A stretch of DNA of 64,000 bases from Flaccisagitta enflata (GCA_965153355.1 OZ231126.1:15376001-15440000); one strand, 5' to 3'. Positions 24,186 to 39,922 are shown, counted from the stretch's first letter. Notes: a model not told the origin generated them from the sequence alone. Program-made: numbers and translations.

Positions 24186-24782
24186 CAGCACGATGGGAGC
24201 GAAGACAACCTAGACTTGAGGATAGATTTTAAGTATTTTAATTTCATTTGATTTATAAAAAGAATAAGATTTATGCCAATTAAAAGTTGCTATATTGCTT
24301 GAATATGTTAGCTTCTCTCATTTTTCATCTTTTGAATTAACTTCATCAGACTTTCATTTTTCATACTTCTAACCTAGCCTATCAGATCGGGCAAAAAATT
24401 TAAGATAATTTAGAGAAAAAAAATCAGCTTAATTTGATTATTTTCACAGGTTTTACAGCTATTTTTCAAGAAGAATAATTATGTAAATTAGTGTTTGAGC
24501 AACACTTAAATCAGGCATATAACCTGTAAAAATGGCCCAATTGAACTGATTTATTTTTCTAAACTACATAAAATTTTCTGCTTGACCTGATGAGCTAGGT
24601 TAGAACATTGAAAAATGGAGTCCTGATGAAGTCAAGTCACAAGTTAAAGAATGAGAAAAACCAATATATTCAAGCAATAGAACAACCTTTAATTAGCATA
24701 GATCTCAACTTTTTATACTATTAAAATTAAGAAACCTAAAATCTATCCTCCAGTCTAGGTCGTCTTTGCTCCCATCGTACTG
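24186..24782. mobile_element. Foldback MITE with TA TSD
   Basis: TA|cagcacgatgggagcgaagacaacctagact ... agtctaggtcgtctttgctcccatcgtactg|TA; arms ~280 bp. Confidence 0.88.
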
Positions 24783-24847
24783 TATCCTCAGTGGCATACA
24801 TGGCGACGGAGACATATGTCTTTCTTTATTTCAGAGTAAACCAAATA

Positions 24848-25772
24848 ACTATGGCAAAAAAAAAAACCGAACAACTTTTGAGAGAGCAAAAAAGTATGAA
24901 GATGTTGACCAATTTGCATAAAATTTACAGTGAATGATAACCATGATATGGACTATGTCTGGTTAAAATTTCATCAAAATCCGTTGAAAACTTTAGCCGT
25001 TATCATGTTTTTACTGAAGTCACCCCTTTTTTGGACTGCCAGAGATGACGTTTATCCTAAATCAAAATATTACCATTTTTAGTAAAATTGGCATTGTGCA
25101 AAAAGTTTTGGGAGTTTTGTCATGATTTTTGAACTGTAGTCTGATGGTAATGTTTACTAATATTAGGCAAAATTCGCATCTACTCAGATAAAGTCTAGTG
25201 GGGTAGATATTGGTTGATTGTAAGCTTGCTCAGGATAAGAAATATTCTGCTACCTGTTAGAATATTTTTGCAATTTGGGGGACTAAAAATGCTTGGAGAT
25301 GCTTGGAGATGAATCATATGTACAAAAGTTACCAGTTAAAAAATCATGATAATTGGTAAAAAACTCTGGCCTTAGCATCGATTTATATTTCAGATTTCAT
25401 CTTCATTTACTTCATTCTAAAAACCACAAAAAAAGTTTTAGAAAACTTGCTGTTTCTGCTAAAATAATTGGAGTTTTGTAATGAAATTTTTATCACAGCC
25501 TGCTAACACTGTGGTTTACTTCCACTTAAAATTTTATCAAAATCGGACTAGATTTAGTATGGTTTTTTTAAGTTTGTTTATTGATTCTTAGTAAATTCTT
25601 ATGTGTGTACATTGAATTTCTGATCTTCTGACAAGCACTTTTAAAAAATCTATAATTCTCAAACTATTTAGAGCAGGTCATTGATTTTTTCAGTGATGCT
25701 TAATGATACTAAAAAGTAACTTCAGTAAAAATTAGAATAGAAGTAACTGTTCGGTTTTTTTTTTGCCATAGT
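24848..25772. mobile_element. TIR element (ACTATGGCAAAAAAAAAACCGAACA) with TA TSD
   Basis: TA|actatggcaaaa...ccgaaca ... tgttcggtttt...gccatagt|TA; a near-identical copy starts at 63853. Confidence 0.88.
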
Positions 25773-26282
25773 TAAAATGGATCATGGCATTTTTGTCGCT
25801 GTCCTTTAAAAGAAACTTTAATTACTAAACGTTTCAAATCCCCAATACCTAACCCCTATGCCTCCAGTTTACAGTTTAAGTATCTAAGAAATAAATGGGA
25901 AAACAATGGTCAACAAACAATATTCTCAGAACCCCTCTCTTCTCTTCCCCCTATAAATAGACCAGTAATGGTTTGTTTATTGATTTTTTCATGACCTCAT
26001 TACATATATACAAATCTAGCGAATTTTCTAGCTAAAGAAACAAATAATCTAGCGAATTCTAGCGATTTTTGGGGCGCCAACTCGCGAATTTCTAAAAGCT
26101 GGAGTTCTCACCACAGGGCTACCCTTAAGCCGTCTTTTGCTTAACAGTTAGCGAGGCAAGTCCATGGTTGTTTGTGGATTGATTCAAAAACCGGATGTAA
26201 AACGCTCGAATTGGAAACGCTGAAGCGGCGCCGCAATGAACAGCAATTGGAGACCCTCATTCTTTGCTTTTTAATTTTCTTT

Positions 26283-26505
26283 TTTAGTCGCGTGCTACGC
26301 GACTCTACAACCCGCTTTGTCGGTCCGCCTGTCTGTCCGTCTGTCCGTAACCGCTGTCCGTCCGCCCGCTGGTTCGTCACACTTTACTTTTTTGGGTTTT
26401 TTGGCTGTCATTGGCCTTACTGCTCCTGCCCAAATGATTAAGTGACCTCAAATACAGCCCCTGCCCACCCGCACGCGACTGGAGTAGCCGTGTATCCGGC
26501 CTTGT
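26283..26505 (+). mobile_element. HINE family 1, complete, copy A only
   Basis: tttagtcgcgtgctacgcgactctacaacc, (GTCY)n, cccgcacgcgactggagta, stem-loop gccgtgtatccggc, cttgtt. Confidence 0.88.
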
Positions 26506-26796
26506 TTTCTTTCTTTCTTTCTTCTTTCTTTCTTTCTTCTTTCTTCTTTCTTTCTTTCTTCTTTCTTTCTTCTTAATTCCCTTATCTCTTTCTTTCTTTC
26601 TTTCTTTCTTGCTTTCTTTCTTATTTCTTTCTTTCTTTCTTTCTTTCTTCTTTCTTTCTTCCTTTCTTCTTTCTTTCTTTCTTTCTTTTCTTTCTTTCTT
26701 TCTTTCATGAAATAAGCAAGGGAAGGATTTAGGAGAAAATTATTCCATAATTAAAACGTGAAGAGACAAAAGAGGTAGAATTTTTTAGAGAAAGAG

Positions 26797-26847
<51 letters not shown>

Positions 26848-26859
26848 AATAAAGAAATA

Positions 26860-27035
<176 letters not shown>

Positions 27036-27036
27036 G

Positions 27037-27093
<57 letters not shown>

Positions 27094-27108
27094 CAGTAAG
27101 AGAATCGA

Positions 27109-27222
<114 letters not shown>

Positions 27223-27285
27223 ACACACACACAGACACACACACACACACACACAGACACACACACACAGACACACACACACACA

Positions 27286-27413
<128 letters not shown>

Positions 27414-28777
27414 CAATATGAGACAGAAAGCGAGAGAATAAGAGCAATAGTATACATAAACCGAGAATAAACTTGAGAGAATAATATTCCCGCTAAACAC
27501 CAAACAACGAGATTGGAAAAAAGTAATCGTTGGGTGCAGGTGCTAAGTGAGAGTTCAGCGGGAGTGGAGGTGCAACTCGAGTTGGCTGTTACGAAAATTT
27601 ACTACGTGTGTACGCAATTATCTTTTTTTTTCATCCTTTTCCATTTTGTCCCTTGGAGAAGTTAGGAGAAAAAAAAAATTCCGATTCGATTCCAAGCTCA
27701 CCTTGCTTTGCTTTTATTCTTTACTAATTCTTTTCTTTTTTTTTTCATTCTTTCATTCGTTTTTCCTGCTTTATTTCCTGATTTTCTTTTCTTTTCTCTT
27801 CCCCTTTCTTTCTTTCTTCTTCTTCTTTCTTCTTCTTCTTTCTTCTTTCTTCTTTCTTCTTCTTCTTCTTCTTCTTCTTCTTCTTCTTCTTCTTTCTTTT
27901 CTTCTTCTTGATTATTTGCTTCTTCTTTCTTTTCTTTCTTTCTTTCTTTCTGTCTGTCTGTCTCACTGTCTGTCTGTCTGTCTGTCTGGCTGGCTGGCTG
28001 GCTGGCTTTCTTTCTTCTTTCTTTCTTTCTTCTTTCTTTCTTCTTCTTTGCTTCTCTCTTTGCTTGCTTTCTTGCTTGCTTTCTCTTTGCTTTTATCTTT
28101 TCTCTGTATTTTTTCCCCTTCTCTTTCTTTCTTTCTTCTTCTTCTTCTTTTCTGTTCTACCCCTTCTTTCTTCTTCTTCTTTCTTCTTCTTTTTTTATTC
28201 TTCTTCTTCTCCTTTTTCTTCTTTTTTCTGCCTTCTGTCTTTCATTCACTTTCTGCTTTTCTTCCCTTTTTTCTTTCTTTCTTTCTTTCTCTTCTTCTTT
28301 TCTTCCTTTTCTTCTTTCTTTCATCGCTCTGAGTTTACCTGAATTGTTTCCCTTTTAGTTGCGGACACGCAACTCTATAACTATAAGAGGCTTTGCCCGT
28401 CCATTGGTCCGTTGGTCCGTTGGTCCGTTGGTCCGTTGATCCGTCAGTCCGTCGGTCTGTGGTGATCTTGTTGTATGTTTGTGTATAAAGTGGGGTTTGG
28501 GGTGTGGATGGGGGCTGGATGCCCCTGCCCACCCGTCCGCAACGATGTTGTGACCCCGCGTCACTTGTTATGTTTTACTATCTACTGTTTGTTTCCCTTT
28601 TTTTCATCCAGTTGCTCTTTTATTTTGATGAACGGTTAAAGCATTCATCCAACTTATTTTATTTTGATGAACGGTTAAAGCATTCATCCAACTCCAAGTT
28701 CCATCACAGAAAAAAAAGCAAGAATTTATCACCAAAACTGTTTAATACGATGCATCCAATTTTCGAACAATGAATCG

Positions 28778-29066
<289 letters not shown>

Positions 29067-29076
29067 AAGAAAAAAA

Positions 29077-29140
<64 letters not shown>

Positions 29141-29141
29141 G

Positions 29142-29175
<34 letters not shown>

Positions 29176-29195
29176 TATGAGAGAATGAAAGAAAG

Positions 29196-29274
<79 letters not shown>

Positions 29275-29374
29275 GAGAAACAAAAGAAAGAAAGAGAGAG
29301 TGAAATGAATAAATGACTGATCTTGGAATTGGGAAAGAAATAATGGAAGAGAAAGATGTGACTGTAAAGAAGTA

Positions 29375-29546
29375 CAGTTAAACCCCGCTATAACGGAGCC
29401 AAGCGTAACGGATATCCGCCTATAATAAATCTAAAAATTTGGTCCCTGTAAATTTCTTTTATTTTCTTTGTTGGCAATAGTAAAATCTGCCTACAGTGGA
29501 TAAAATTTATTTGTATCTTGACATCCGTTATTGCGGGGTTTGACTG
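29375..29546. mobile_element. Tc1/mariner-type MITE with TA TSD (also 53761-53936 in copy B)
   Basis: TA|cagttaaaccccgctataacgga ... tccgttattgcggggtttgactg|TA. Confidence 0.88.
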
Positions 29547-29919
29547 TATAACCAACCTGATCGGGCAACTCGATGCGACAACCACGCGATTTTCAAAGAG
29601 GCGTAACGGACGGACACAAGGAGAGACAGACAGATGGACGGGTGGATGGACAGACTCTCTTGTATAGAAACGATAACGCATCTAAGAATTGAATTTAATC
29701 GTATGCTCGAATGAACGAACGAACGAATGAATGAATGAATGAATGAATAGATAAATGAATGAATGAACCAATGAATGAATGGATGGATGAATGAATGAAT
29801 GAAAGAGTTCGGACGACAAATGTGAGAGGCGGAACGATGGAAAAAGACCCAGAGAAAAAAGGGTTACCCAGGCTAGGGTTACTTTTTTCTTCTTTTATCT
29901 GCGCTTGAGCAGGAGTAAA

Positions 29920-30175
29920 AACAAGGCCAACACCTATAAGTCGCGTGCGAGACTTAAATAATTACTTTATTACATAACCACATAACTAAAATGACTTTCA
30001 CTGAATTCAATTGATATAAGATGACTTAAAATGATTTATATATGACATTTATTCACACAATAGTGTAGCACGGAACAAAAATGCGTTAGGGCACAATGAG
30101 AGAATAAAGAGAAAAAAAAATACAGACAGTTAATGACGTAAGTTGTAGACAACAAAGGCTAGCAATGAGAGAGAA

Positions 30176-30244
<69 letters not shown>

Positions 30245-30662
30245 AAATGACCTAAATTGACCTAAAATGACTAAAATGACCCAGTGACTAAAATAACTTA
30301 AATTGACTTAAATTGACTCACAATGACTTTAAATGACTTTAAATGCCTTAAATTGACCTAGAATGACTTGAATTGAACTCAACTGACCTAAATTGACTTA
30401 AATTGACCTAATATCACTAAAATGCTGAAAATTATTGAAATAACTCAAATGACATAAATTGACTTAAACTGACTTTAAATGACCCAAAATGACTTAAAAT
30501 GATCTAATTTGACTTTAAATGACCTAATTTACTTAAAATGAGTTAGTAGGAATGAAACGGATAAAAAAAGTAAAGTGTGACCAACCGACCGACCAACCGA
30601 CAGACCGACCGACCGACCGACGGACAAAGCGGGGTGTAGAGTCGCGTAGCACGCGACTAAAA
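29920..30662 (-). mobile_element. HINE family 1 variant with central ~10-bp GACTTAAATT array and (GA)n, copy A only
   Basis: aacaaggcc...agtcgcgtgc at the left; (GACC)n then agagtcgcgtagcacgcgactaaaa at the right; A-run empty site at ~54715-54750. Confidence 0.78.
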
Positions 30663-30951
30663 AACCAAAAAGGTAAGGAGGGAATGATAAAAGATGGCTT
30701 GAACAAAAGAAGCAGATTGAAAACAAAAATAGTTAAGAAAACCTAAGAAGAGGTGAGAAATATTTAACATCCTGACGAGCAAACGGCGAAAGAAACACAA
30801 GTTGATTTCAAAAAGATAATTTTCATTTTCACGAAAGTGGAAAAAAAAAATAGGGATCAACGAAATTGAAGAAAGTGAAGCATCATGACCAGGGAGATGA
30901 TCCTGGAGTAGTCATACTCATCATCATCATCATCGTCATCGTCATCGTCAC

Positions 30952-31038
<87 letters not shown>

Positions 31039-31220
31039 TTTGTCGCTCTTTCGGGGAAAAAAATATAAATGGCGGGCTGTCAGGCTGTCACGCTGATAAA
31101 GAGATGGGACATGACGAGACAAGTGCGAGTCGTAGAAAAAGAGAGAGTGAACTTGAAAGTTAAATAGTGGGCTGTCAAAAATTGAAGAGACTGACTAATC
31201 AGGAGGAGTGACTTTTGAGG

Positions 31221-31278
<58 letters not shown>

Positions 31279-31559
31279 AGACAGGGACAAGTAGAGAGGG
31301 TCCATGACCAAAAGACAGAAACTTAACCAGCCGGACCGACACATTGGCCTACACACTAAGTGATAAGAATAGAGTAGGAAACAGGGATAGACAGAGAGAC
31401 ATACAGACGAACAAACGGTTAGACAGATAGAGAAAGACAGAGCGAGAGTGTTGTCCCATTTCGTCTGTTTTTGATTGATTGGCCGACGGTGACATAAAAT
31501 GTGTTGTTTTCCTCATTAAAATCTCATTAAGATGTGCCTTCGTTTGGGGGAGTCACGGC

Positions 31560-31606
<47 letters not shown>

Positions 31607-31901
31607 CGGGGACTCACAGCAGGAAAAAGTGAAAAAGCTATGAATTGTAAAACTTCTTCTCATCAGACGAGTTCCATTTTTGAGACGCGTGTACGCATTT
31701 CTAATTTTCTTTGAGTCATCGAGTTTGTTCGGTTGATCAAAATAGTCGGTTAGTCTCAGATCTCCTTCTCTTTCTATAGTCTAGTGTCAACCTATCCATG
31801 TTTTTTTATTGTATCAGTTCCTACCCTTTTGAACATTTTTTGAGAAGCATTTCTTAAAAATGAACCAGGAAAAGTATATGATAGTTCAACCTGGAGAGAG
31901 A

Positions 31902-32008
<107 letters not shown>

Positions 32009-33516
32009 CCTGAGAGAGAGATAGAGACTGAAAAAAAGCATGAAAGCTAGCGTCATATCGACTCTTTTTCAAGTTACATAGGGCTCAAAATTGAAATAAA
32101 TGAAAAATATTGATCTTTGAAAAAATAAAGAAAAATGCAAAAAAATAAGAAAAGATTTAAAAAAATCATAGCTCCAAAATTATTAATCGCACAGAATTCT
32201 GCTTGGCGTCATCTGAAAGAGGAGAATTAGCTCTTTATTAGCTGTAAATTTCATGCGTAGGCTCGTTCGGCCCGAAAAGCTTATCAACTTTCCCAAACCA
32301 TTCACGACAAAAAGGGAAAACCAAATTCCTCCACAGGTCTCAAAAAGCCGAAGGTATTCTTCGACTTTTTTCCAAATTATCCTTGCACTGTTTGAGCAGC
32401 ACGCTCATAGATTCGCTGCAAATCTGGCCTTGTTTAACGGACCTTTTTTGGGGAAAATGTCAAACAAAGCTTAACACCAAATGTCTCTAATCTCCCCATG
32501 ATTTTGAAATATCATTTCCTTTTTTCCTTTCTTTGACGGACGCAATGAAAAAAAAATACACGCGATTAGAAATATACCGTATTTTCTCTGTTTCTCGCCC
32601 TTTCTCTTTTTAGCGCCCCATCACTTTTTTCATTTCATGAAATAGTGTCAGATAAGAAATCATAAGGGGAATTCTTGAAAAAAAGTAATTAGATCTTTTA
32701 TTATTTAGTAATGTTCTCAATGTTTTCTTGTCAATAATCCTGAGAATTTTACTTAAAATTGAAAAAAACACAATACTTATTGTAGCAATCTGTAAAATGA
32801 ATCATTTTTTCCTCGCTGAGGGGGTGCTTATTATAGGGTAACATGGCGCTGAGAGGGGGGTTATTATTGGGTAACATGGCGATAACATTTTTCTGTTTCA
32901 AAAGCGCCCAGGGCACTAAATAGAGAAAATATGGTTCCAATGAAACGGATGAGGTCATCTATTTGTTTCCACTTCAATTGACATCAGCGATCAAAATCGC
33001 CATCGAGTTACCGTTTTTCTGCCTCCATCTTCGATCTTCTTGACGATCCGGAGGCATTGACGAAAATGCGCGAGGATCACGGACCAACGGACGGACGGAC
33101 CAACCAATAAGTGGACAGACGGACGGACAAAGCCTCCTCTAGGGTCGCGAGTCCATGAGAAAACTAGAGAAAAGCAACATGAAGAAGAAGAAAAAGAGGA
33201 AGAAGAAGAAGAAGAAGAAGAAGAAGAAGAAGAAGAAGAAGAAGAAGAAGAAGAAGAAGAAGAAGAAGAAGAAGAAGAAGAAGAAAAAGAAGAAGGAGAA
33301 GGAGAAGGAGAAAAAAAAAAGAAAACCACGTATCAAATGAACAGCCGGTTAATTTGGTGTCAAACTGATTGAAAACAGTTTCCTTGAGTTGCGCGCGGTC
33401 AACTGAAATGACGAAATAAAAGAATTTTCAAAAGATAAAAAAGAAATCAGTTCATAGCCAAAATACAAAAGACGGAGGCCGCATGAACGACTATTTACTC
33501 ACAGAGAAACACAAGG

Positions 33517-33610
<94 letters not shown>

Positions 33611-33630
33611 CGATAGATCGATAGACCGAT

Positions 33631-33661
<31 letters not shown>

Positions 33662-34504
33662 GAGTAGTATTCAGGTAAAATTTTTCTCCTGTAAATCTTT
33701 AATCATGATGTATGCATTTGGATACCAAAGAAATACATCCTTTGGTTTATTGCTTCAGTCTTTATGGGCTCTCAAAGCCTCTCATCACAGCCAATTCCGA
33801 ACTTTCTGTCGAGATGACCAATTTTTTAACCATTCTAGACATGCTCTGTTCTATACCAACAAAACATTCATTTCTTTATCATTTTCATGAATGAAGCGCC
33901 CTGTAGAAACTGTCATGACAATTTCAAACAAAAACTCAATAATCAAAAAAATGTAGCCTCAACTCACTTCACATTAATTCTCCTCGAAATGAACTGTATC
34001 GATTATAACTGGCAGAAGCCACAATTGAGTTTTGATGAATTTCTTGTGTGTGTTTAGGCGTCGTGATTAAAGGCACGTATCGTGAGCGAGAAAAAAGCTA
34101 AATAAATGAAAGTAAAAAAAGAAAAGAAAGTAAAGAAAAATAGAACAAACAATACCCGCCCACGCGGCCAACGTCTTCACGCAGCAAAACAATACAAGAG
34201 TTTAGCCGCCACTACACGTACAAGGGCTTCTTCCGTTGCTTTCCGTGTGACACGACTATTTTACGGGCCGAAACGATGAAAATCGCTTCATTATTATGAA
34301 AAGAAAACGTTTTTTTTTCATCTACCTCTTAAAATTTATCAAAATCGAATCGAACAGAATTGCGGCGACCAATTCACTGTGTTTTAACTCCTCCCCGAAA
34401 TCAGCCTAATGACAGGATACTAGTCAGAAATAGCGTCATCCTACATTGAGTTCATTGATGATACCTGATTATATAATTTGATTTCTTAAAAAGATTTCAA
34501 TCCT

Positions 34505-34716
34505 TTTTTAGTCGCGTGCTACAAGACTCTACACCCCTCTGTGTCGGTCGGTCGATCCGTTCATCGGTCTGCCCGTCCGTCATACTTTACTTTTTTGTTT
34601 TTTGTTTTTTTTTTGCGGCTTTCAGCCTCACTGCTCCTGCCCAAATGATCAAGAGACCTCAAATATGGCCCCTGCCCACCCGCACGCGACTGGGGAAGCC
34701 GTGTATCCGGCCTTGT
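34505..34716 (+). mobile_element. HINE family 1, copy A only
   Basis: Inserted in a T-run; copy B reads atcctttcttttttttttcattacg at ~59197-59221. Confidence 0.88.
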
Positions 34717-35202
34717 TTTTATTACGATGCGCATTCTGGCAACTTGTGAATGGAGAGATTTTCAAATACTGAAAGGAAAACAAGGGAACCACAGAACATG
34801 CAGTATGTACGCGGGGTTTGTGATTGTATTGTTTCCAGATGCGCCTCTAAAAATGAAAGGAGCGCGAAATGGGATCGTTCCCTAATTTCTTCTCGAAATC
34901 CACGCTTGATTAGAATAAGAAAGAATTCGGAAGTCCGCTTTCAAATCCTGGATTTTTTGTTTTTGCTTGTTTGTTTCTTTCAATTGTTGATATTCTTCTT
35001 AAAAGCGCGAGGTGGTCAAGTTTTCTCAATGCTTTAGAGTCAATTATGAATTTCACCTGAATGCTGTCAGGGATTTCAAAAAGAAGAAGTAGTCCTTGTA
35101 GATAACAGAGAAAGAAAAGGAAAAGACGAAAATGGAGAAGAAGAAGAAGAAAAACAAGAAGAAGAAGAAGAATAAGAAGAAGAAGAAGAAGAAGAAGGAG
35201 AA

Positions 35203-35234
<32 letters not shown>

Positions 35235-35679
35235 AGAAGAAGATGAAGATGATGATGAAGAAGAAACTAGAAAAAGAAAAAAAAAAAAGAAAAAGAAAAA
35301 AAAGAAAAAGAAAAAAAAAAAAAAAAGAAAAAGAAAAAAAGAAAAAAAGAAAAAGAAAAAAAAAAAGAGAAAAAGAAAGAAAAAGAAAGGAATAAAAAGG
35401 AATGAAAAGGAAAGAGAGAAGAAAAACCAACAAAGAAAGAAACGTAAAAAAAAAGTAAGACAGACGGAATAAACAAATCAAATGTCCTTGATGATTTCCG
35501 ATTAAAGACAATGTGACAATTTTCGCGCGTCATCTAAGTCTTTATCTCAAATCCAAGACTTGGATAGTGAAGATCGAGTCATATCCCAAATTCCTAAAAT
35601 CCAAATGACGTAGAGATACAAAAATGTTATTTGAGTAAATCATTTGTGTTCACGACACCTGACAAACTCTGTCTCTGTC

Positions 35680-35752
<73 letters not shown>

Positions 35753-35911
35753 CTTGCTTTCTCTCTCTCTCTTGCTCTGGATATCTGAGTCTTACAAAAA
35801 AGAAAGGATTCCAAGAGTCAAAAGAACAATCGGGTTAGAAAAAGAAGAAAAGATAATCTCAAGCTTTTCAGGCGATGGGGGAGAAAATTGTATCAAATTG
35901 TCAAAAAAGTA

Positions 35912-35947
<36 letters not shown>

Positions 35948-36076
35948 GAAGAGAGGAAAGAGAAAGGAAGGAGAAAAGTTGTGAATCTCCACACTGTGGC
36001 TGTATACATAGCTTTGAGCTTCTACGGTTCTTGGGATATACAGCATATACAGCATATACAGCTGGTTATAGATCAA

Positions 36077-36696
36077 GTTTTAGATGCGTCCTAGAAGAGG
36101 TCTAGTCTGTCCGCCGGTTGGTTGGTCTGTCTGTCATTCAAACCTTTTATTCACAAAATCAGAAGCTCTTTCATCAGAAATGCATCATTCTCTCATGCTT
36201 GAGATCATTCATTCATTCATTCATTCATTCATTTATTCATTCATTCATTCATTCATTCATTCATTTATTCATTCATTCATTTATTCATTCATTTATTCAT
36301 TCATTCATTCATTCATTCATTCATTCATTCATTTCATTCATTCATTCATTCATTCATTCATTCATTCATTCATTCATTTATTCATTCATTCCTTTATTCA
36401 TTTATTTATTCATTCATTCATTCATTCATTTATTCATTCATTCATTTATTCATTTATTTATTCATTCATTCATTCATTCATTCATTCATTCATTCATTCA
36501 TCTATTCATTCATTCATTTATTCATTCATTCATTCATATATTCATTCATTTATTCATTTATTCATTTATCATTTCATTATTTCATTCATTATTTCATTTT
36601 TTCATTCATTCATTATCTAATTTTTTCATTCATTCATTATTTTATTCATTCATTATTTCATTCATTCATTCATTCACAGATGAGAATCGTTGGCCT
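36077..36696 (+). mobile_element. HINE family 4 (subTIR AGATGCGTCC) with central (ATTC)n array; 3'-truncated in A, complete in B (60574-61243)
   Basis: ttttagatgcgtcctagaagagg...(ATTC)n...aatcgttggcctacttggtcttgtt; relatives at 40183-40478 and 29553-29688(-). Confidence 0.7.
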
Positions 36697-37538
36697 AATT
36701 CAAACTACCGCCAAGTGGTTTTTAGTATTACTCTGGATTTTCCGCTTGATTACGCTCAATATGGACCTCCTGAACAAGAATCCAGCTTCAAAAAAATCTT
36801 TCTTGTGAGTAGATACAAAGTGGTGGATTGTTGCACCTCATCTATCTCTCATCCCGAACCACGAAAAGATATCAGAAATCATTTCCCTCTTCTCATTTCT
36901 CGTCTTATATTCCAAAATGATTTGTAAGTTACAACTTCGAGTAAGAAAACACGAGCTTGACTGATGTAAACATTTTCATCGTCGAATACCATCTTTGTTT
37001 ATCACACGTCAGTCAATCTCAAATAAGCGAAGCTTTTTCTATTCTTGTTCGATCTTAGGCAACTTGGTTTTCTTTTCCCGTTCAGTATCAGAAATACTGG
37101 TTTCATCTTATCTTTGATTTTCATCAAGTCATAAGAAATGTTTTTTTTTTAAAAAAGCGTAACAAAATTCAATTTTCGTCATCTTTAAACGTGTATGCGC
37201 GTGCGTATGTCTGCTAGCTATCTGAACTTATCGTTTTTTTAGAGGGTGACAAAGTAACTCTATAACTGGTTGTGTTAATTGGTCGGTCGGTCGGTCTGTT
37301 AGTCTAAATGTGACTAAGTCAATTTCATCATCGGCATCTTCGGTATCTTCGGCATATTTTTCATTTAAAAAGAACTAACCATGAAAGAAATCGTTTTATT
37401 ACAGTTCGAAAAAACAAAATGGCTCTCGATTGTAAACTTCCGAAGAAGGCAATCGTGCGACTTGACGGGTGCGTCGTCACAAAATGGCTCATAAATCGAT
37501 GTGAGACCATCCCATGTACTGTCAACCTTGTTCGAGAC

Positions 37539-37548
37539 NNNNNNNNNN
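37539..37548. other. Assembly gap (10 N)
   Basis: Run of n. Confidence 1.
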
Positions 37549-37652
37549 GATATGCAAGAACTTTCGGTATCTCCGGCTCCACTCCTCTAAGCCTCGTGTG
37601 TAGACATGAAATACACATGAAAGTAATATTCGTATGTCACTGTCGAGAGAAG

Positions 37653-37764
<112 letters not shown>

Positions 37765-37769
37765 AAGAA

Positions 37770-37838
<69 letters not shown>

Positions 37839-38747
37839 GAGAGAGAAGCAGGCAGGCAGACAGACAGGCAGAAAGGCTGAGAAATAGACTGACAATTGGT
37901 AAAGCTGAGTGATATTGAAACAGACAACATGCATAACAAGGCCGTATACACGAGCCGAAGTCGCGTGCAAGTGGGCAGGAGCATCGAAAAAGCTAACCAA
38001 AGCATTTGGGCAGAGCAGGAAGTAAAAAACCGCCCAAATGCCAAAACTAACGCGGACGGATCGGATGGACTGACCAACCGACGGACAAAGCTGGTTGTAG
38101 AGGTCGCAGCACGCGACTAAACACGTCGATACACGGCTACCCCAGTCGCGTACAGGGGTGGGCATACCCCAATCGATCACCAGATCATTTTGACAGGAGC
38201 AGTGAGGCCAAACCACAAACAGGTCGCCCACGGCGTCATGGTCAGCGTGATACCCATTGCCCTGCTTTCGATTTTGAATGAGTGAGTAGGGTAGCGGGCA
38301 CCAGACACAGGGGATCATTCATCCGTCTGTCCGTCCGTTCCTCATAGGTTCCTCTTTCAGGCCCAATATGCTCCTCTCAGGCGATTTCTTCAGGCCTGAG
38401 CAGGCCTGAAATCTGGCCTCACAGATTAAAGGACAGATTGCAGCCCAGAGGCAGACTTCAGGCCTGAGAGGGCAGATCCAAGTCCTGAGAGGGCAGATTT
38501 CCCAAGCCTGAGAGTGTACCTCTTAGGGCCTGAGGAGATAGACAGCCTGAGAGAGCTCAGGGGACGTGCATGGACGACTGGACGGGACGACAAACGAAAG
38601 TCCCCCGTGTGTTCTACAGGACTTCGCACTGCCCAAACCCAAAAAAGTAATACTGTAGACTGACTGACACCTAACGGACCGACGGACTGACAAAGCGGTT
38701 GTAGAGTCACGTATTCTTTGTATCAAACAACACTTACAACAACAAAT

Positions 38748-38779
<32 letters not shown>

Positions 38780-39345
38780 AAATAACAACAACAACATAAA
38801 TAAATAACAACAACAAAATAACAACTACAACAAAACAACTTTATTCTTTGAGTAGCCGAGAGTGACTCGATGTGCTGCCGTCATCGATGATAATTTCGAT
38901 GATGTCGCCAAATGCAATAAAACTATCTTGCAGATTACAATCTAACGACGCGACGATTGAACCGAGTTTGCCCAGAGTATGTCCCAGTTAAAAACAAGTG
39001 ACGCGGGGTCACAATATTGCGTTGCGGACGGGTGGGCAGGGGCATGGCATTCAACCCACATCCACAACCCAAACCCCACTCCATACACAAACATACATAA
39101 GAAGTATCCAAAATGCTCATTTTCCACTTTTCAACACGATAACCTCTACGGACGGACAGACGGACGGACGGACGGATGGACGGACGGACGGACGGACGGA
39201 CGGACGGACGGACCGAAAAAAAGCCTCTTATAAAAAGATGATTTTGCTGCAGCAAGCATGACGCACAGAATTACCGCAAGAATAAAAACAACCTCGACAA
39301 AAACAAAAATAAAACAAAACGATCACAAAAATAAAACTGCAATAG

Positions 39346-39410
<65 letters not shown>

Positions 39411-39579
39411 GCAACAACAACAATAACAATAAAAACAACAACAACAACAACAAATTCTAGAAAACGCATTGACAGCAAAAAAAAGCAACTACAACAACAA
39501 CCACAACAACAACAGCAAAAATGACGACAACGACAATGACAACGACAATAACGACAACAACGACAACAACGACAACAAC

Positions 39580-39715
<136 letters not shown>

Positions 39716-39883
39716 AACAACAACAGCAACAGCAACGACAACAACAAAACAGCGCAAAAAGTATGGAATGCAGGCCAAAAAGAATGCGAGAAAGGAAAAA
39801 AAAGATTTACCGCCGTTTCTTTGAGACTGAGGGAAAGATGAGAGCATAGAGAGAAAGAAAGAACCAGAAATAGATACACTTGA

Positions 39884-39922
<39 letters not shown>

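Larger units (their letters stand above)
22746..26116. mobile_element. hAT-like non-autonomous element with 8-bp TSD and four nested elements, copy A only
   Basis: GGCTACCC direct repeat at 22738-22745 and 26117-26124; imperfect TIRs ctctgctgcgaaac / gttctcaccacag; repeated TAGCGA subterminal motifs at both ends. Confidence 0.78.
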
